Positions 11,641 through 23,600 of a stretch of DNA of 64,000 nucleotides are shown one piece after another. A program made the translations under genes and the position numbers. This DNA is from Octopus sinensis (Eukaryota): assembly GCF_006345805.1 (NCBI RefSeq), contig NC_043021.1, positions 28,768,001 through 28,832,000 on the forward strand. Direction: 5' to 3'. How positions within the stretch are numbered: position 1 is the first letter of the stretch; each line of letters opens with the position of its first letter. The notes beneath the pieces were generated by a model. The model saw nothing but the letters and a program-made list of their open reading frames with translations. It ran no database searches and was not told where the DNA came from.

Positions 11641-12742
11641 AAGAAGACAAAATAGGGATCTCAGATTTATATTACCCTCTCCATTTTACACAGAACTCAG
11701 TCTCCTTTCACAAGGTTCTCATCTTTTATGTAGAACGGTCTTCACCTGCGGAAGAGCTCCTTCTGCAGTCTCTTATCAACCACAAACACCTTGAGCTCGT
11801 TTCAGCAGCCTTGCCCATCATTTGGTGGCTTTCTTCTGTTGTCTATGTTCCAGACCAGTTTTCGGTAAGAAATAGTGCACTGACCCAGTATAAATTCAAT
11901 ATAGCTCTTGCAACTCCCGCACTCTCTAAAAACCACGTTACTCGATCCACACTCCACACACTTTCTGAATATTTCACCCCCGATATGTATGATCCATATA
12001 GTTGTCTATATTTGAGGAAACTGTCAGAAAATGTAAAAACAAAAAGTCGATACAATTTTTGTTTGTTTTGTTGTGCTGTTGTTTTGATTTGGTTTAGTTC
12101 GCAGTGCGAAGCCAGTTTCCTCCACTGAAACCGTTAGCATTTCTTGCGACGTTGCCACTAATCATACTGCATTTGAAAATTAACGAATGTGTTCCTCCCC
12201 TTGTTGTTAGATGGACTTAACAGGAGACAGTAATGGTCAGAGTTACCTTTCTATTGCAGTTATAATGCCCTCTATTACTCTGAGCTAGCTGATCTTGTAC
12301 TTCCTTCATTCAGGCACATCAGGGCCCACTTGTCTTTTGATTTTTTTTCACTCTTATTTGTGTCCAAAAGCCGACCAATCTTACACTATCCAAACTTACA
12401 TCTTCAAAAATCTATCCTCTGGAATCTTCTTGCTTATGCAAGGTATTGAATTGCAGCAGTTTAAGTTTAGACGGAACATTAACAGCATCCTTCTCACCAG
12501 TATCGAAGGCTATGGGTCATGAGTAACCTCCAGACCTGGTAAGTAAATGAAAAAAGAGAGCCATCGGGGTTAAACGAAGACCTAAACAATGACAGTAACA
12601 TTCTCCGACGCGCACACCGATATTTACAGGTTGCTATAGATTTCTTTACTTTGAATAAATTAACCGATACATTGTAAAGCTGAACGAAACATCAAAGAAT
12701 AAACAAATAAACCGTTTCCAATAAAACAGAAATTTGTTGCAA

Positions 12743-12785
12743 TGACGTCATATTGACGTCACTTCTGCAAACTCCAAAATGGTGG
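12743..12785 (+). promoter_or_regulatory. Two tandem perfect CRE palindromes plus a YY1-like motif
   Basis: TGACGTCA at 12743-12750 and 12754-12761, then CAAAATGGTGG near 12775-12785. No transcript evidence. Confidence 0.25.
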
Positions 12786-12959
12786 AGGCAAGAAACAGAA
12801 AACAAATCCGAAGGAAACAATGGAATATTTCAATAAATCTAACAAACAAGCATTACGAGCGATTAAATAAAAGTTAAGAGATAAAACGGGGAAGTTGCAC
12901 AAACATGTTCACGATAACCAAACCAGATATAACACAGCATTATGACTGTTATAAAGTAT

Positions 12960-13030
12960 ATATGTTTTTGTGTGTATGTGTACGTGAGGCTGTGTACGTG
13001 TAAGCACATATATATATGTGTGTGTGTGTG

Positions 13031-13071
<41 letters not shown>

Positions 13072-13246
13072 CGTGTGTGTGTGTGTGTTATATTATATAT
13101 ATATAGCACACACATGCATATACACACAAGTGTGTGTAAGACTATGTATAAGTATCTTTTTATATATGAGTGTATGTGTGTATTTATATATATATATATA
13201 TACATACATACATACACACACACATACACACACTCACACACACATA
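12960..13246. repeat. (TG)n/(TA)n/(CA)n microsatellite cluster
   Basis: Direct reading. Confidence 0.9.
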
Positions 13247-13724
13247 GCAATGATACGCTGAATGGCATTCATAAGATGTTGTCAATTAATTTAAATTTCT
13301 TCTAAGGTAGAGAAATAAAGCAACCAGCCTAATGGCAGTTAATGGTTTGTCACATGCATGATAAAAAGGGGAGATAATTACCCCAGCCAAAATATTAATT
13401 TGCTAAAGGCAACTAATCGCACGTTTCCGTTGATTGGACATCTTCAGCATACCACCCAAATCTGATTTGATCAATCGAGAAATGTTTTAATATATACAAA
13501 AATAATTACGAAATGTTTTGGCTTGTAGTGATTTTTAAAATTTTAAATGAGATGAAATAAAGTGAATACACCGAAGCAGGCCATTGACTTGAGATTAAAT
13601 AATTAGGTGAAGAGGGTTTTAATTGAACGGCGTGCGCAAAATATAATTGATTTAAATTCATCTGAAGGCTGGTGAACAAAATAAAATAAATAATTAGTTG
13701 TAATACGTAGCAACGCTTAGAAGA

Positions 13725-16700
13725 GGTCTCCTTGGCCCTTCATTCTTTCTGTCGGTCTCCTTGGCCCTTCCTTCTTTCTGATGGTCTCCTTGGTCCTTCC
13801 TTCTTTGTGTCGGTCTTCTTGGCCCTTCCTTCTTTCTATCGGTCTCCTTGGCCCTTCATTCTTTCTGTCGGTCTCCTGGGTCCTTCCTTCTTTCTGTCGG
13901 TCTCCTTGGCCCTTCATTCATTCTGTCGGTCTCCTTGGCCCTTCATTCTCTCTGTCGGTCTCCTTGGCCCTTCATTCTTTCTGTCGGTCTCCTTGGCCTT
14001 TAATTCTTTCTGTCGGTCTCCTTGGCCCTTCCTTCTTTCTGTCGGTCTCCTTGGCCCTTCCTTCATTCTGTCGGTCTACTTGGCCCTTCATTCTTTCTGT
14101 CGGTCTCCTTGGCCCTTCATTCTTTCTTTCGGTCTCCTTGGCCCTTCATTCTTTCTGTCGGTCTCCTGGTCCTTCCTTATTCTGTCGGTCTCTTGGCCCT
14201 TCATTCTTTCTGTCGGTCTCCGCCCTTCCTTCTTTCTGTCAGTCTCCTTGGCCCTTCCTTTTCTGTCGGTCTCCTTGGCCCTTCATTCTTTCTATCGGTC
14301 GCCTGGCCCTTCAATTTTACTGTCGGTCCTTGGTCCTTCCTTCTTTCTGTCGGTCTCCTTAGCCCTTCATTCTTTATGTCGGTCTCCTTGGCCCTTCATT
14401 CTTTCTGTCGGTCTCCTTGGCCCTTCATTCTTTTGTCGGTCTCCTTGGCCCTTCATCTTCTGTCGGTCTCCTTGGCCCTTCATTCTTTCTGTCGGTCTCC
14501 TTGGCTCTTCATTCTTCTGTCGGTCTCCTTGGCCCTTCATTCTTTCTGTCGGTCTCCTTGGCCCTTCATTCTTCTGTCGGTCTCCTTGGCCCTTCATTTT
14601 TTCTATCGGTCTCCTGGTCCTTCCTTCTTTCTGTCGGTCTCCTTGGCCCTTCATTCTTTCTGTCGGTCTCCTTGGCCCTTCATTTTTTCTATCGGTCTCC
14701 TTGGTCCTTCCTTCTTTCTGTCGGTCTCCTTGGCCCTTCCTTCTTTCTGTCGGTCTCCTTGGCCCTTCATTCTTTCTATCGGTCTCCTTGGCCCTTCCTT
14801 CTTTCTGTCGGTCTCCTTGGCCCTTCATTCTTTCTGTCGGTCTCCTTGGCCCTTCCTTCTTTCTGTCGGTCTCCTTGGCCTTCATTCTTTCTGTCGGTCT
14901 CCTTGGCCCTTCATTCTTTCTGTCGGTCTCCTTGGCCCTTCCTTCTTTCTGTCGGTCTCCTTGGCCCTTCATTCTTTCTGTCGGTCTCCTTGGCCCTTCA
15001 TTTTTTCTGTCGGTCTCCTTGGTCCTTCCTTCTTTCTGTCGGTCTTCTTGGCCCTTCATTCTTTCTATCGGTCTCCTTGGCCCTTCATTCTTTCTGTCGG
15101 TCTCCTTGGTCCTTCCTTCTTTAATCGGTCTCCTTGGCCCTTCATTCTTTCTGTCGGTCTCCTTGGCCCTTCATTCTTTCTGTCGGTCTCCTTGGTCCTT
15201 CCTTCTTTCTGTCGGTCTCCTTGGCCCATTTTTCTTTATGTCGGTCTCCTTGGCCCTTCCTTCTTTCTGTCGGTCTCCTTGGCCCTTCATTCTTTCTGTC
15301 GGTCTCCTTGGCCCTTCATTTTTACTGTCGGTCTCCTTGGTCCTTCCTTCTTTCTGTCGGTCTCCTTAGCCCTTCATTCTTTCTGTCGGTCTCCTTGGCC
15401 CTTCATTCTTTCTGTCGGTCTCCTTGGCCCTTCATTCTTTCTGTCGGTCTCCTTGGCCCTTCATCTTTCTGTCGGTCTCCTTGGCCCTTCATTCTTTCTG
15501 TCGGTCTCCTTGGCCCTTCATTCTTTCTGTCGGTCTCCTTGGCCCTTCATTCTTTCTGTCGGTCTCCTTGGCCCTTCATTCTTTCTGTCGGTCTCCTTGG
15601 CCCTTCATTTTTTCTATCGGTCTCCTTGGTCCTTCCTTCTTTCTGTCGGTCTCCTTGGCCCTTCATTCTTTCTGTCGGTCTCCTTGGCCCTTCATTTTTT
15701 CTATCGGTCTCCTTGGTCCTTCCTTCTTTCTGTCGGTCTCCTTGGCCCTTCCTTCTTTCTGTCGGTCTACTTGGCCCTTCATTCTTTCTGTCGGTCTCCT
15801 TGGCCCTTCCTTCTTTCTGTCGGTCTCCTTGGCCCTTCATTCTTTCTGTCGGTCTCCTTGGCCCTTCATTCTTTCTGTCGGTCTCCTTGGCCCTTCCTTC
15901 TTTCTGTCGGTCTCCTTGGCCCTTCATTCTTTCTGTCGGTCTCCTTGGCTCTTCATTTTTTCTGTCGGTCTCCTTGGTCTTTCCTTCTTTCTGTCGGTCT
16001 CCTTGGCCCTTCATTCTTTCTGTCGGTCTCCTTGGTCCTTCCTTCTTTCTGTCGGTCTCCTTGTCCCTTCATTCTTTCTGTCGGTCTCCTTGGCCCTTCA
16101 TTTTTTCTGTCGGTCTCCTTGGCCCTTCCTTCTTTCTGTCGGTCTCCTTGGCCCTTCATTATTTCTGTCGGTCTCCTTGGGCCTTCATTCTTTCTGTCGG
16201 TCTCCTTAGCACTTCATTCTTTCTGTCGGTCTCCTTGGCCCTTCATTCTTTCTGTCGGTCTCCTTGGCCCTTCATTCTTTCTGTCGGTCTCCTTCGTCCT
16301 TCCCACTTTCTGTCGGTCTCCTTGGCCCTTCATTTTTTCTGTCGGTCTCCTTGGTCCTTCCTTCTTTCTGTCGGTCTCCTTGGCCCTTCATTCTTTCTGT
16401 CGGTCTCCTTGGCTCATCATTTTTTCTGTCGGTCTCCTTGGTCTTCCTTCTTCTGTTGTCTTCTTGGCCCTTCATTCTTTCTATCGGTCTCCTTGGCCCT
16501 TCATTCTTTCTGTCGGTCTCCTTGGTCCTTCCTTCTTTAATCGGTCTCCTTGGCCCTTCATTTTTTCTGTCGGTCTCCTTGGCCCTTCATTCTTTCTGTC
16601 GGTCTCCTTGGTCCTTCCTTCTTTCTGTCGGTCTCCTTGGCCCATTTTTCTTTATGTCGGTCTCCTTGGCCCTTCCTTCTTTCTGTCGGTCTCCTTGGCC

Positions 16701-19700
16701 CTTCATTCTTTCTGTCGGTCTCCTTGGCCTTTAATTCTTTCTGTCGGTCTCCTTGGCCCTTCCTTCTTTCTGTCGGTCTCCTTGGCCCTTCCTTCTTTCT
16801 GTCGGTCTCCTTGGCCCTTCATTCTTTCTGTCGGTCTCCTTGGCCCTTCATTCTTTCTGTCGGTCTCCTTGGCCCTTCATTCTTCTGTCGGTCTCCTTGG
16901 TCCTTCCTTCTTTCTGTCGGTCTCCTTGGCCCTTCATTCTTTCTGTCGGTCTCCTTGGCTCTTCCTTCTTTCTGTCAGTCTCCTTGGCCCTTCCTTCTTT
17001 CTGTCGGTCTCCTTGGCCCTTCCTTCTTTCTGTCGGTCTCCTTGGCCCTTCATTCTTTCTGTCGGTCTCCTTGGCCCTTCCTTCTTTCTGTCGGTCTCCT
17101 TGGTCCTTCCTTCTTTCTGTCGGTCTCCTTGGCCCTTCATTCTTTCTGTCGGTCTCCTTGGCCCTTCCTTCTTTCTGATGGTCTCCTTGGTCCTTCCTTC
17201 TTTGTGTCGGTCTTCTTGGCCCTTCATTCTTTCTATCGGTCTCCTTGGCCCTTCATTCTTTCTGTCGGTCTCCTTGGTCCTTCCTTCTTTCTGTCGGTCT
17301 CCTTGGCCCTTCATTCTTTCTGTCGGTCTCCTTGGCCCTTCATTCTCTCTGTCGGTCTCCTTGGCCCTTCATTCTTTCTGTCGGTCTCCTTGGCCTTTAA
17401 TTCTTTCTGTCGGTCTCCTTGGCCCTTCCTTCTTTCTGTCGGTCTCCTTGGCCCTTCCTTCTTTCTGTCGGTCTACTTGGCCCTTCATTCTTTCTGTCGG
17501 TCTCCTTGGCCCTTCATTCTTTCTTTCGGTCTCCTTGGCCCTTCATTCTTTCTGTCGGTCTCCTTGGTCCTTCCTTCTTTCTGTCGGTCTCCTTGGCCCT
17601 TCATTCTTTCTGTCGGTCTCCTTGGCCCTTCCTTCTTTCTGTCAGTCTCCTTGGCCCTTCCTTCTTTCTGTCGGTCTCCTTGGCCCTTCATTCTTTCTGT
17701 CGGTCTCCTTGGCCCTTCATTTTTACTGTCGGTCTCCTTGGTCCTTCCTTCTTTCTGTCGGTCTCCTTAGCCCTTCATTCTTTCTGTCGGTCTCCTTGGC
17801 CCTTCATTCTTTCTGTCGGTCTCCTTGGCCCTTCATTCTTTCTGTCGGTCTCCTTGGCCCTTCATCTTTCTGTCGGTCTCCTTGGCCCTTCATTCTTTCT
17901 GTCGGTCTCCTTGGCCCTTCATTCTTTCTGTCGGTCTCCTTGGCCCTTCATTCTTTCTGTCGGTCTCCTTGGCCCTTCATTCTTTCTGTCGGTCTCCTTG
18001 GCCCTTCATTTTTTCTATCGGTCTCCTTGGTCCTTCCTTCTTTCTGTCGGTCTCCTTGGCCCTTCATTCTTTCTGTCGGTCTCCTTGGCCCTTCATTTTT
18101 TCTATCGGTCTCCTTGGTCCTTCCTTCTTTCTGTCGGTCTCCTTGGCCCTTCCTTCTTTCTGTCGGTCTCCTTGGCCCTTCATTCTTTCTGTCGGTCTCC
18201 TTGGCCCTTCCTTCTTTCTGTCGGTCTCCTTGGCCCTTCATTCTTTCTGTCGGTCTCCTTGGCCCTCCTTCTTTCTGTCGGTCTCTTGCCCTTCACTTCT
18301 GTCGGTCTCCTGGCCCTTCATTCTTTCTGTCGGTCTCCTTGGCCCTTCCTTCTTTCTGTCGGTCTCCTTGGCCCTTCATTCTTTCTGTCGGTCTCCTTGG
18401 CTCTTCATTTTTTCTGTCGGTCTCCTTGGCCCTTCTTTCTGTCGGTCTTCTTGGCCCTTCATTCTTTCTATCGGTCTCCTTGGCCCTTCATTCTTTCTGT
18501 CGGTCTCCTTGGTCCTTCCTTCTTTAATCGGTCTCCTTGGCCCTCATTCTTTCTGTCGGTCTCTTGGCCCTTCATTCTTTCTGTCGGTCTCCTTGGTCCT
18601 TCTTTTGTCGGTCTCCTTGGCCCATTTTCTTTATTCGGTCTCCTTGGCCCTTCCTTCTTTCTGTCGTCTCCTTGGCCCTTCATTCTTTGTCGGTCTCTTG
18701 GCCCTTCATTTTTTCTGTCGGTCTCCTTGGTCCTTCCTTCTTTCTGTCGGTCTCCTTAGCCCTTCATTCTTTCTGTCGGTCTCCTTGGCCCTTCATTCTT
18801 TCTGTCGGTCTCCTTGGCCCTTCATTCTTTCTGTCGGTCTCCTTGGCCCTTCATTCTTTCTGTCGGTCTCCTTGGCCCTTCATTCTTTCTGTCGGTCTCC
18901 TTGGCCCTTCATTCTTTCTGTCGGTCTCCTTGGCCCTTCATTCTTTCTGTCGGTCTCCTTGGCCCTTCATTCTTCTGTCGGTCTCCTCGGCCCTTCATTT
19001 TTTTATCGGTCTCCTTGGTCCTTCCTTCTTTCTGTCGGTCTCCTGGCCCTTCATTCTTTCTGTCGGTCTCCTTGCCCTTCATTTTCTATCGGTCTCCTTG
19101 GTCCTTCCTTCTTTCTGTCGGTCTCCTTGGCCCTTCCTTCTTTCTGTCGGTCTACTTGGCCCTTCATTCTTTCTGTCGGTCTCCTTGGCCCTTCTTCTTT
19201 CTGTCGATCTCCTTGGCCCTCATTCTTTCTGTCGGTCTCCTTGGCCCTTCATTCTTTCTATCGGTCTCCTTGGCCCTTCCTCTTCTGTCGGTCTCCTGGC
19301 CCTTCATTCTTTCTGTCGGTCTCCTTGGCTCTTCATTTTTCTGTCGGTCTCCTTGGTCTTTCCTTTCTTTCTGTCGGTCTCCTTGGCCCTTCACTCTTTC
19401 TGTCGGTCTCCTTGGCCCTCATTCTTTCTGTCGGTCTCCTTGGTCTTCCTTCTTTCTGTCGGTCTTTGGCCCTTCACTCTTCTGTCGGTCTCCTGTTGGC
19501 CCTTCATTTTTCTGTCGGTCTCCTTGGCCTTCCTTCTTTCTGTCGTCTCCTTGGCCCTTCATTTCTGTCGGTCTCCTTGGCCCTTCATTCTTTCTGTCGG
19601 TCTCCTTGGCCCTTCATTCTTTCTGTCGGTCTCCTTGGCCCTTCATTCTTTCTGTCGGTCTCCTTGGCCCTTCATTCTTTCTGTCGGTCTCCTTCGTCCT

Positions 19701-20574
19701 TCCTTCTTTCTGTCGGTCTCCTTGGCCCTTCATTTTTTCTGTCGGTCTCCTTGGTCCTTCCTTCTTTCTGTCGGTCTCCTTGGTCCTTCATTCTTTCTGT
19801 CGGTCTCCTTGGCCATCATTCTTTTGTCGGTTCCTTGGCCCTTCATTCTTTCTGTCGGTCTCCTTGGCCCTTCATTCTTTCTGTCGGTCTCCTTGGCCCT
19901 TCATTCTTTCTGTCGGTCTCCTTGGCCCTTCATTCTTTCTGTCGGTCTCCTTGGCCCTTCATTCTTTCTGTCGGTCTCCTTGGCCCTTCATTCTTTCTGT
20001 CGGTCTCCTTGGCCTTCATTCTTTCTGTCGGTCTCCTTGGCCCTTCCTTCTTTCTGTCGGTCTCCTTGGCCCTTCATTCTTTCTGTCGGTCTCCTTGGCC
20101 CTTCCTTCTTTCTGTCGGTCTCCTTGGCCCTTCCTTCTTTCTGTCGGTCTCCTTGGTCCTTCCTTCTTTCTGTCGGTCTCCTTGGCCCTTCATTCTTTCT
20201 GTCGGTCTCCTTGGCCCTTCCTTCTTTCTGTCGGTCTCCTTGGTCCTTCCTTCTTTCTGTCGGTCTCCTTGGCCCTTCATTCATTCTGTCGGTCTCCTTG
20301 GCCCTTCATTCTTTCTGTCGGTCTCCTTGGCCCTTCATTCTTTCTGTCGGTCTCCTTGGCCCTTCATTCTTTCTGTCGGTCTCCTTGGCCCTTCCTTCTT
20401 CTGTCGGTCTCCTTGGCCCTTCCTCTTCTGCGGTCTCCTTGGCCCTTCCTTCTTTCTGTCGGTCTCCTGGCCCTTCCTTCTTTCTGTCGGTCTCCTTGGT
20501 CCTTCCTTCTTTCTGTCGGTCTCCTTGGCCCTTCACTCTTTCTGTCGGTCTCCTTGGCCCTTCATCTTCTGTCG
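13725..20574. repeat. 29-bp tandem array, consensus CTGTCGGTCTCCTTGGCCCTTCATTCTTT (at least 6.8 kb, ~235 units)
   Basis: Direct reading. Translations have a 29-aa period (3 units = 87 nt) cycling through all frames. Runs into the gap. Confidence 0.95.
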
Positions 20575-20674
20575 NNNNNNNNNNNNNNNNNNNNNNNNNN
20601 NNNNNNNNNNNNNNNNNNNNNNNNNNNNNNNNNNNNNNNNNNNNNNNNNNNNNNNNNNNNNNNNNNNNNNNNNN
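20575..20674. other. Assembly gap (exactly 100 N)
   Basis: A round-number N run is typical of a scaffolding join of unknown true size. Confidence 0.95.
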
Positions 20675-23600
20675 CATTTTCGAACCTAAAAACATGTGGA
20701 AATTTAGTGATTTCTTTGATAAATATAAGCTTATTATCAATCATTTAACATATATTCAGCTAAGAGATCACTAAAGTTTTTGTTGTTTTTGAAGTACACA
20801 TATGCAATATTTTGACATTTTCTAACCTGAAAACTTTTACGAATTTAGTGATTTCTTTGATTAATATAAGCTGATTATCATTCAATTAACTTATATTTAG
20901 CTAAGAGATCACTAAATTTTTTGTTGTTTTTCAAGTACACATATGCAATATTTTGACATTTTCTAACCTGAAAACATTTGCGAATTTAGTGATTTCTTTG
21001 ACAAATTTAAGCTTATTATCAATCATTTAACTTATATTAAGCTAAGAGATCACAAAATTTTTTGTTGTTTTTCAAGTACACATATGCAATATTTTGACAT
21101 TCTCTATTCTGAAAACTTTTGCGAATTTACTGATTTCTTTGAAAAATATAAGCCCCATTATCAATCAATTAACTTTTATTTAGCTAAGAGATCAATAAAT
21201 TTTTTGTTGTTTTTCAAGTACACACATGCAATATTTTGACATTTTCTAACCTGAAAACTTTTGCGAATTTAGTGATTTCTTTGATAAATATAAGCCCATT
21301 ATTAATCAGTTAACTTATATTTAGCTTAGAGAACACTAAATTTTTTGTTGTTTTTCAAGTTCACATATGCAATATTTTGACATTTTCTAACCTGAAAACT
21401 TTTGCGAATTTAGTGATTTCTTGGATAAATATAAGCTTATTATCAATCATTTAACTTATATTAAGCTATGAGATCACTAAATTTTTTGTTGTTTTTCAAG
21501 TACACATATGCTATATTTTGAAATTTTACAACCTGAAAACTTTGCGATTTTAGTAATCTCTTGGATATATATAAGCTTTTTATTAATCAGTTAACTAAGA
21601 GATCAATAAATTTTTTGTTGTTTTTCAAGTACATATATGCAATATTTTGACGATTTATAACCTGAAAACTTTTGAGATTTTAGTGATCTCTTGGATAAAT
21701 ATAAGCTTTTTATCAATCAGTTAACTTATATTTAGCTAAGAGATAACTAAATTTTTTGTTGTTTTTCAAGTACATATGTGCAATATTTTGAAACTTTATC
21801 ACCTGAAAACTTTTGAGATTTTAGTGATCTCCTGGATAAATATAAGCTTTTAATCAATCAGTTAACTTATTGTTAACTAAAATATCAATAAATATTTTGT
21901 TGATTTCAAGTACACATATGCAATAATTTGACATTTTATAACCTGAAAACTTTTGCGATTGTAGTGATCTATTGGATAAATATAAGCTTTTTATCAATGA
22001 AGAGATCACTAAATTTTTTGTGGTTTTTCAAGTACACATATGCAATATTTTGACATTTTATAACCTGAAAACTTTTGAGATTTTAGTGATCTCTTGGATA
22101 AATATAAGCTTTTTATCAATCAGTTAACTTATATTTAGCTAAGAGATCACCAAATTCTTTGTAGTTTTTCATGTATACATATGCAATATTTTCACATTTT
22201 CTAACCTGAAAACTTTTTGAGATTTTAGTGATCTCTTGGATAAATATAAGCTTTTATCAATCATTTACTCATATTTAGCTAAGAGATCACTAAATTTTTT
22301 GTTGTTTTTTTAGTACACATATGCAAATTTTGACAATTTTCTAACCTGAATTTTGCGAATTTAGTGATTTCTTTGATAAATATAAGCTTATTATCAATCA
22401 TGTAACTCATATTTAGCTAAGAGATCACTAAATTTTTGTTGTTTTTCAAGTACACATATGCAATATTTTGACATTTTCTAACCTGAAAACTTTTGCGATT
22501 TTAGTGATCTTTTTATCAATCAGTTAACTATATTTATAGCTAAGAGATGACTAAATTTTTTGTTGTTTTTCAAGTACACATATTTTGACATTTTTTAACC
22601 TGAAAACTTTTGCGATTTTAGTGATCTCTTCGATAAATATAAGCTTTTTATCAATCAGTTAACTTATATCTAGCTAAGAGATCACTAAATTTTTTGTTGT
22701 TTTTCAAGTACACATATGCAATATTTGACATTTTACAACCTGAAAACGTTGCGATTTTAGTAATCTCTTGATAAATATAAGCTTTTTATCAATCAGTAAC
22801 TAAGAGATCACTAAATTTTTTGTTGTTTTTCAAGTACACATATGCAATATTTTGACATTTTATAACCTGAAAACTTTTAGATTTTAGTGATCTCTTGGAT
22901 AATATAAGCTTTTTATCAATCAGTTAACTTATATTTAGCTAAGAGATCACTAAATATTTTGTAGTTTTTTTCTGTATATACATATGCAATATTTTGACAT
23001 TTTCTAACACTGAAAACGTTTTAGATTTTAGTGATCTCTTGGATAAATATAAGCTTTTTATCAATCAGTTAACTAATAGATCACTAAATTTTTTTTTGTT
23101 TTTTTAAGTACAACATATGCAATATTTTGACATTTTCTAACCTGAAAACTTTTGCGAATTTAGTGATCTCTTGGATAAATATAAGCTTATTATCAATCAG
23201 TTAACTTATATTTAGCTAAGAGATGACTAAATTTTTTGTTGTTTTTCAAGTACACATATTTTGACATTTTTTAACCTGAAAACTTTTGCGATTTTAGTGA
23301 TCTCTTGGATAAATATAAGCTTTTTATCAATCATTTAACTTATATTTAGCTAAGAGATCACTAAATTTTTTGTTGTTTTTCGAGTACACATATGCATTAT
23401 TTTGACATTTTCTAACCTTAAAACTTTTGCGATTTTAGTGATCTCTTGGATAGATATAAGCTTTTTATCAATCAGGTAACTTATATTTAGCTAAGAGATC
23501 ACTAAATTTTTTGTTGTTTCTCAAGTACACATATACAACATTTTGACATTTTCTAACTTGAAAACTTTTGCGATTTTAGTGCTCTCTTGGATAAATATAA

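Noticed and set aside
12260-12538. Host exon bounded by TTTCTATTGCAG and GTAAGT
   Set aside because: All three frames contain stops between the sites and no protein motif was recognised.
11700-12560. Decayed transposon or LINE coding remnant on the minus strand
   Set aside because: Composition looks coding-like but I found no recognisable motif. Needs tblastx.
13717-20774. Very long ORFs (545, 954, 1501 aa and others) as protein-coding genes
   Set aside because: They are translations of a stop-free 29-bp repeat, open in all frames with frequent frame-shifting indels and no unique domain.
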